From Diplonema japonicum (lineage: Eukaryota; Protista; Euglenozoa: Diplonemea), in the NCBI GenBank assembly GCA_964019335.1, contig OZ025761.1, positions 130,595 to 194,594 on the forward strand: a stretch of 64,000 nucleotides of DNA, written 5' to 3'. How positions within the stretch are numbered: position 1 is the first letter of the stretch; every line of letters begins with the position of its first letter. Position numbers and translations under genes: made by a program. This document shows, in pieces, positions 56,501 to 64,000 of this stretch. A model generated the notes under the pieces. That model saw nothing but the letters and a program-made list of their open reading frames with translations. It had not been told where the DNA came from and did not search any database.

Positions 56501-56876
56501 TGACGCAGCTTGAGGATGCTTGGGGGACAATTTCCGGGAGGTGTGTTGATTTTTTTTTTTTTTTTTTTTTAAATTAATACCTACCCAGTGATGCTGCTTT
56601 GGATGAACATAATCAAGTTATCCGGGAAGCTATTCAAGGCCTGCCTGGTGCGTTCGAAAAACTGAGCGTTATATTCACATTGAACACTGAGGACAAACCT
56701 CTGGCGGTATGGGGAAGGGGATAATAAAAAAAAAAAAACTATCACAGAAACTTATCAAGCTCCTCTCCAAGGTATCCAACAAAACCCCAGAGGTGGGCAA
56801 GTGCTATCGAACCAGGGTTAGTTTCAACTATGATTTACCTGCTGGCGCTCTTGATTCTGAGGATGTGGGTTTGTAA
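53578..56876 (+). CDS. Receptor-type adenylate/guanylate cyclase (TM, extracellular sensor, TM, HAMP-like, cyclase, degenerate cyclase); exons 53578-56540, 56589-56706, 56748-56876
   Basis: Cyclase motifs VFTDITKST, YEVKTIGDAFMV, VRMGCH and DYRGPAVNIASR. A second cyclase-like domain lacks the catalytic Asp residues. Two GT-AG introns restore an open frame to TAA at 56874. Confidence 0.88.
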
Positions 56877-57302
56877 GGGAATGTCTATCTCTTTTTGTTT
56901 CTTCCTTTTTTTTTTTTTGCAAATAACAATGGACCCACCCGTGCGAAACCAGGGGGAAGAAACTAAAGGGAGGAGGATATCGGGGTGCACGGCGGAGTGA
57001 ACAAGGGACGGGAAAGGCTTTTTTTTTTATTTACTTTCGTTTCTTTCATGTTCACTGGGAACCACGGAGAGGTAGGGGGAAAAAGAGGTGAAAAGAAATT
57101 CAAGAAAGTGGGGGGGGAGGGAGGGCTATTAAAACTTGAGAGGAAGAGTTTTTTTTTTTTTTTTTTGACTTTGTCAAACAAACAAAAGGGGGAATATGCT
57201 TTTTCGGGTTATAAACTACTCCAGGTTTCTACCCGGTCTTTTGTGTATGAGTTAATCTGAGGTGTGTCTTGATCTCTTTTTTTTTTTTTTTTTTTTTTTT
57301 TT

Positions 57303-57625
57303 GGTGGTGGGGATAACATGAAAATATAAGAAAAACATCAGATGTGTTGTTCGCTGTTGACCTCCTCGTCGGTCATCACCGGTAGCACCCGAGTGGAAGA
57401 ACATAATGCAGATGCTCAGGGTGACGAACAGGCAGCAAACTGCACGAGCGCAGAATCTTGGTTGCCCGGGACGCCCCGGCTGGGGTTGAGCTGCACACCG
57501 CACGCATTAAGGACACGACGCGGAACGCAGAAGAAGCTACAACTCGGCCGCGGTGCGCCCCCTGTAATCAAGTAGACAGTTCTTGTGCAGGGCGCCGCCA
57601 ACACCGGCCTCCTTTAACTCATATA
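57303..57625 (+). mobile_element. Short retroposon with 5' HDV-like ribozyme (copy 4; ribozyme 57303-57436)
   Basis: All pairings intact; the P4 variant caccc/gggtg is fully Watson-Crick. Confidence 0.88.
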
Positions 57626-58013
57626 TTTTTTTTTTTTTCTTTTCTTTTTTTATTTAATTCCGCAAAGTTACATGAGGGGAAAAAAAGTGCCGTAAATACG
57701 AAGTTCAAAAAAAAAAAAAAAAAAGATTCGCTTTCCAGTACTTGAACCGGCGTAGAGAAACGAGTGAGACAACATAGCCACTTCTTTTTAAAGCGTTCAA
57801 AACATAATTCAGCATTGCGCCGATAATTGTAGTCAATTAGAAAATTTAGCCTTTTTTTTTGCAGCAGTTTTCTTGGTGTCCGAATTTCCCTCATTTAACT
57901 TTACAAAAAAATTAAATAAAAAAATATCTACTAAAATAAAAAAATCAGTTAGATTTCTTTTACTCGGAATGTTTTTTTTTTTCCCACTCGCTTCGCAAAT
58001 TAAACTACTCGTG

Positions 58014-58049
<36 letters not shown>

Positions 58050-58708
58050 ATTCCTCGTAAGAAAATCAGGTAATCTGATTTTTTATTTAGTAAATAGTCA
58101 TACTTATAATCCTCCCCCCCCCCCCTTTTTTTTCGTGCGAAACAACTAAAAAGGAGACTTTTTTTTTAAAAGTTTTTGTTACCCATATTTTAAAAAATGG
58201 TTCAAAATGCATGATGAAAAAAAAATTTTTTTTTTTTTTTTTTTAAAAACCTGAATTCGTTTTTCTTTTTTTTTGGCGCATACGAACCGTTTGGAAGAGT
58301 CATCGAGAAGTTAATGGACGTGGCCAAGGCACACGCACTAAGGGTTGGGCCTAGTAGGCAATCATTTTATGACCGACATATAGTAGAAAAAAGTTGCGAA
58401 AAGAAAAAAGAAAAAAAGGAACTATGAGGCCGAAGCCTTATAAACTAACGAACCCACTGACGGGGAGGGGGGAGAAGGAAACGAAACGAGAGGAAGAAAG
58501 CGAAGAAATGGTCCAACAATTTTGCGCAAAAAACCTGAATGGGACCTGCGCGAACAGTTCTGTCCTTGTGGTGCCAATATTTCCGACTCCCCCCTCTCCC
58601 TACCCCGGAAAACTCTCTCTCTTTCTCTATTTCATATTTTTCTTCCTTTTTTTTTTAAAAGAAAAAAAAGTTTAAACAAGCGACGATCTCTTTCTCCTTG
58701 ATATCTGC

Positions 58709-58743
<35 letters not shown>

Positions 58744-59009
58744 GGTTATTAATAAGCCATAATGTAACTCGAGTTTCCGGACCTTGTGATGACGAGTGTT
58801 AAATTATGGCTCAAAGCAAGAAAAAAAAAAAAAAAAAAAAAAAAGAAAGAAACAACAAACACTCCTGTAGTGGAGTTTCCTCCATGTCACATCCTTGCTC
58901 GGCTGGAGGGGACATTTTTTCTTTTATTTTCTGTGTTGGAAGCGCCACGAAGCAAGAAAGAAAATAGCGTAACTGAATGGAAAGAAGTTCTTTTTTTTTT
59001 TTTAACAGG

Positions 59010-60740
59010 CATGGAGTTGAACCTCCGGAAGACGGTGGTTATCGGGAAGTGTGCGATCCACGTCGGTAGTGAGGTGGACGGAAGAAGAAGGAAGGTGCGG
59101 CTCAGCACAGTCTGCAAGCATAAGGCCTTGGGCACTATGCTGAATACAACGGCATGCGGCACGATTTGGAATGACGCTGCGGTCGCAGCGAGGCAGAAAG
59201 TGGACAGGCTGGCTTCGACCCGGCTGTCTTTCCGGAGGAAGGAAAGTCTCATCAGAACTCATATTATGCCGGGCCTGTTGTACAGCTCGAGTTTCTCCCC
59301 ACCGAGTGACTGGAGCCTCAGTCAGCTTAAGGGCTCGGTCGTGAAATGCCTGTGGGGCCCACTATAGGGGAAGGTCTCCGGACGTGGTACTGTCGATCCT
59401 GGCGCGAGCGCACCGTGTAGACCCGCTGTGTGCCGTGGTGTACAGCGCCTTGATGATGCTGAGGAGGTGCTGGCTGAAGCGAGACGGGGCAATGGCGGCA
59501 TGGACGCAGTTGGCACAAGCGTACGGGACTTCAGGGCAGGTGAAGCCGAGGGGGGTCGTAGGAAATGTGCTCCTGAGGTGTCTCCCGGCGATCGGTTGGA
59601 AGTGGGAGAGGCTGGCGAGCTGGCACAAAGGAGGGAACCCTGGGCATGACCTCAGGGAGGCTCTACGGAGGATGAGGACATCGGGAATCGTGAAGGCGCG
59701 AAGCACAATGGCCGGGCTAGGGTTGGGCGCGGCCCCTACAACGAACGCTTACTGGATGAAGTGCTGCGCGCGCAGGCCGATCGAAGTGTGGCGGGTGAGG
59801 AGGATAATCGCCTGGGCGGTGCCGTACCTCAGCCCGTATGCGAAACAAGTTTTGCTCACCCCTCCTGAGGAGCCTGATGAGGAGGGAGGTGAGAGGGACG
59901 AGGGAGACGACCATCCGGGTAGAGGGAGGACGGACAAAGCGGCGGGTACGCTCAATTGCGACGTTTGTGATGCTACGAAGGGCAGCACGGTCAGGCTGCT
60001 GCGACACCAGCTATGGGAGTGCTTTGGAGGTGCAGAAGAAGGAAGCGTATACCGGTCTGGTCAGGAGCGAAAGGTGGCCGGTATGTTTGGAACTACACGG
60101 GGTCCTCCCGAGGAAGGTCGTGTTCCGCGGTTTGGAGAGGCTGCAGAGGTATTTGGCAGAGGTGGTGAGGCGCAGGGACGATGCTCTGGCGGTGAAGCGG
60201 TTCGCGGTTGAGAAGGAACCGCCGTGGATGGTGACGACTCAAGGAAGGCGTTTCGAGGCGCCAAAGGTTGTGGAACTGTACAAGCTCAAGCTGACCCCGC
60301 AACTCAGGGAGTATGGTGATCAGGTGCTGAGATGGCTGGCTGCGCTGCGGTGGGCGGAGGAAGGAACGTCGATCGAGCTGGCGATTAACTTCGAGTGCTA
60401 CACAAAGAAGACGTTGGGGGTCAACGTCAACACGACGATTGACATCGACAAGAAGGCGGTGAGGATCCTGGATACGCCACAAGCGACATGGATGAGGGAG
60501 AAGAGGAGACGCGCTTTTCCGGCGCAGTCATGCAAGAACGTGAGATCACTACGATCCATTGGCCGCGACCACGTCGTTGGTGTTGATAGGAGGGCCCTGT
60601 TTGCATGGATTGGAAGATATAAACGACAGCTAGGCACTACGGTGGGTAGCAGGGAACGACCCCAAAAGGGGAGCATCATAAGGTAGGCACGCCACCGCGG
60701 CGGGCCGTTGCTAACCACTTCGTTCCTATCATAGTGAATT
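59010..60740 (+). mobile_element. 5'-truncated, frameshifted non-LTR retrotransposon (RT thumb to 3' end)
   Basis: GMELNLRKT..KALG..LIRTHIMPGLLY resembles the RT C-terminus. Also CDVC..HQLWEC and the same 3' end as 37530 and 46445. Confidence 0.8.
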
Positions 60741-60936
60741 TTTTTTTTTCCTTTTATCTTTCCACACTTTCAGTTACAGAAAACTGCATTATGTTCCGTG
60801 TGTGTAGACAACAACAACAAAACAAAAAAACAAAAAACTCTCTTCTTTTTTTTTTTTCTCGCCCATTCTACCATATATATGCCTATTCTGATGTAGATTT
60901 TCTCTTTTTCCTTTTTTCTTTTTTTTTTTTTTTTTT

Positions 60937-61250
60937 GGTGGCGGGATAACATGAAAATATAAGAAAAACATCAGATGTGTTGTTCGCTGTTGACCTCCTC
61001 GTCGGTCATCACCGGTAGCGCCCGAGTGGAAGAACATAATGCAGATGCTCAGGGTGACGAACAGGCAGCAAACTGCACGAGCGCAGAATCTTGGTTGCCC
61101 GGGACGCACCGGCTGGGGTTGAGCTGCACACCGCACGCATTAAGGACACAACGCGGAACGCAGAAGAAGCTACAACTCGGCCGCGGTGCGCCCCCTGTAA
61201 TCAAGTAGACAGTTCTTGTGCAGGGCGCCGCCAACACCGGCCTCCTTTAA

Positions 61251-61253
<3 letters not shown>
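60937..61253 (+). mobile_element. Short retroposon with 5' HDV-like ribozyme (copy 5; ribozyme 60937-61069)
   Basis: P1 5' strand is ggtggcg (one mismatch). Followed by (TA)n and poly(T). Confidence 0.85.
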
Positions 61254-61298
<45 letters not shown>

Positions 61299-62051
61299 TT
61301 TCAAAACAGAATTATTTCAGTCCGAAGAAATAGATTGCACCAATCGTCCACAATAGCGCTGATACAGCATCCGAAGCGGAGGCGAAGCTCCAAAAAGGGA
61401 GCATTCTTTTTTCTCTCTTTCTTTTTCTTTTTTTCTTTTTTCTTTTTTTTTTTTGGGGCTGAAAAAACATTGAGTGAAAACGGGTTTGCGAAATGTAGGT
61501 ATCCTCTCTATTCTTCTTTTCTTTTCGTATTTCTTTCTTCAACCCTGCAGGGAAAACCAGGTTTATAGTTTTTTTTTTTTTTTTTTCTTTTCCCTGCTCC
61601 GTCCAAAGTGCATTGTGTACTTTCTATTCACCCTCCCACCATATAATATTTTTATAATTTTATATTTTTGAAAAAAGCAAAAACTACGGGGGGGGGAAAA
61701 AAAGGTAACCCCTTCCTCTTTGTTTTTTAACAAAAACAAGAGAAAGGAGGTTCATCAAAAAAAGGGGGGGGGGGGAGATGACTTATATTGACAAAAAGAA
61801 TGGCAGAAGAAACATCGACTTAAAGATGCCTGGATCATGAAAGAAAAAAAAAGAAGAGGGGATGGGGGGGGGGGGGGGGGTTAACGACGCAGAACTGTAA
61901 TTATTGTCATGGCTCAGCACAAGACAAAAAAAAAAATTGATTTTGCACGAGGGTAAGGGTATCGTTGCATTCCGTGAATCCCCAGGTAGTCAAACAACTC
62001 CACAAGAGTGTTGCTTTCTGGATTGCCATGTGTGGCCTACATTTAAGAGGT

Positions 62052-62090
<39 letters not shown>

Positions 62091-62435
62091 AAAAGGAAAA
62101 ATGTTTAAATGTAAGTTTCTTTGTTTGTAGAGATCCTCTCTTTTACTAAAAAATCTTACACAACTGGGAGCCCCTACAAAGGGCCTCCTTTTTTTGTTTC
62201 CCCCCCCCCTTTTTTTTCTTTTCTTTTTTTGTTTTCTGTTTTTCTGTTTCCATTTTTCGTCTGGTCTGTAGGTGAGACTGTCCAACAGGGCGCCAGTGTC
62301 CCTTCTGCGGAACTACTCTAGCTACGATCCGAAAAGAGGAAAGAAATTAAATTTCTGATGATGGTCAGGAGAAAACTGTAAACCGGTTCAAAAAAAAAAA
62401 AAAAAAAAAAATAGCTATTTATTGCTAACAAATTA

Positions 62436-62473
62436 TGAGCCATTATTTAAGTCGAGTTAAATAATGGCTCATT
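62436..62473. repeat. Perfect 16-bp inverted repeat (hairpin), probably part of a MITE-like element spanning ~62410-62880
   Basis: atgagccattatttaa-gtcgag-ttaaataatggctcat; related motifs at ~58755-58812 and ~62770-62830. Confidence 0.6.
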
Positions 62474-63217
62474 TGGCGGCAAGTAAGTCGTTTTTTTACT
62501 CTTCATTTGAGTCACTCACTCTTCACTGCTTTCACTGCTGTTTTTTTGCATGGCACCACTAAAATCGAGACAACTTTTTTTTTTCACGCAGCTCAGCCTT
62601 TTTTTGGGGTTGCTATTTCGCCGTGGCATTTTAAGGGAAGTAAAGCACTTATTCCCACTTTTAAGGGCCGGAATGGCCAAAAATAGTCAAAATACCCCAA
62701 AAAAAAAACTTTCAGGGGGTTGGGTACATTTCTTTCCACGACAGGACCCATTTTTTCACTCTGACGCCCCATAATTTAACTCCAAAATCTCATAATTTAA
62801 ATTATGGCCGTTTCGCGTTAAATTATGAGGCCCCTAGTGAGTGAAGAAAATGACGAAGAGTGAAATAAAAAAAAAAAACCCCCACTTAGTGTTCAATCAA
62901 AGCCCTATTTTTTTCTTTTTTTTCTCCCCCCCCTGTATCACAAACAAACTGTGGAATTCTTTTTTTTTCCCCCCTCTTGTCTGCGGCAGTCTATAATGCC
63001 AGTTATTGTGATCGATTACTTCTTTTGTTTTTTTTTTCTTCCCCCCTCCCGCAGCGAAAATCTTTTTTTAAAAGATCTTCCCCTCCCTTTTCTTTTTTTT
63101 TTTTACTTTCTTGTTCGTTTCTGTTGGCACTCTTTTTTGTTTTTATTTTTTTTATTATTATAAACAAAAAAAAGGAACAATTATTTTATTTTCACTTCAC
63201 GCACACGCCACACAAGT

Positions 63218-63257
<40 letters not shown>

Positions 63258-63483
63258 ATATTCAACAACTGAGACACACTATTGTACCGGGGGCATTAAG
63301 TAAATTAGTTTCTCCAAAAAAAAAAAAAAAAAAAAAGGAGACGCGCTAACCATAAGCGTTCCCGTTCGCAATAGAGTCTTCGCTTTTTTTTTCTTTTTTT
63401 CTTTTTTTCTTTCTCTATTTCCCTCCTCTTTTTTTTTTTTTTTTTTTCCTACCTTGGCCCTCCTTCCTATATTTCTTGTGTTT

Positions 63484-63515
<32 letters not shown>

Positions 63516-63532
63516 TTTTTTTTTTTTTTTTA

Positions 63533-63830
63533 TAGCATGTTTTCGGTTTTAAACACTTCTCACGGGGTAATGTCCACCGGGCATGTGTGGGATGCGGAAC
63601 GAATGGCCTCTCTTGCGACCTTATTTGACAAAGCTGATTCTCTTGTCAGAGATATAATTCAGGTCAAACTCTAATTCAGCTGCACGCTGTTTGTGTGAGA
63701 CTACGATGTTGGAAGACCTGCAGGGTGACAAAGGACGTCTGATCGAGACTTGAATCGGGTGTAAAAGTATTTGCGTGACGCAACGAAAGCACTTTTCCAG
63801 ATTTTGCTGCGTACGCTTACGAAGCTCTGG
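63533..63830 (-). mobile_element. Probable 3' fragment of a poly(A)-tailed retroelement
   Basis: A minus-strand ORF tail stops at 63701, followed by a short UTR and a long poly(A) (poly(T) on the + strand). Confidence 0.35.
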
Positions 63831-64000
63831 GGGGGGGGTAGGGGGGGGGGGTCATAACGGGGTCGTTTTTTGCCCTTTTTCAGGCTCTTCGCCAAGGGCA
63901 TTTTGGGCCCTTAAAAAAACTGTAACCACCCCAAAAGTGCCCACAAATCACCCAAACCCCCGTTTCCCGATGGTTTCCGGCAGAAGTGCCCAGAATCATG

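Noticed and set aside
61300-63500. Short ORFs in the AT-rich homopolymer region
   Set aside because: Low-complexity Phe/Lys-rich translations of poly(T)/poly(A); no supportable gene.

Overview
Eukaryotic, repeat-rich 64 kb window. It is most likely from a diplonemid or related euglenozoan (inference): all host genes lie head-to-tail on the + strand, short GT-AG cis-introns occur, and there are expanded multi-TM nucleotidyl-cyclase-like genes plus a gag-YR-RT (VIPER-type) retroelement. Host genes comprise two interleaved paralog arrays and several single genes. The arrays are five ubiquitin-like + LRR proteins that all end in a CaaX box, and seven copies or fragments of a ~6-TM degenerate class III cyclase. 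The single genes are a Ser/Thr kinase fused to a degenerate PI3K-like domain, a TMEM151-like protein, an intron-split ~1000-aa beta-rich protein, a UBL-ankyrin protein, two small TM/Pro-rich PSAP proteins, a sedolisin (S53) peptidase, casein kinase 1 and a receptor-type adenylate/guanylate cyclase with two introns. Mobile DNA includes a VIPER-like tyrosine-recombinase retrotransposon with split direct repeats and solo derivatives, an ingi/I-type LINE nested in a piggyBac, other piggyBac copies and a MITE, and several truncated non-LTR elements. The most notable find is a ~320-bp non-coding retroposon present in 5 copies. Its first ~130 nt fold by hand into a complete HDV-like self-cleaving ribozyme, and the copies mostly sit just downstream of coding regions. 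A second, covarying pseudoknotted RNA motif is shared by two other repeat families. All calls come from manual reading; no searches or folding programs were run.
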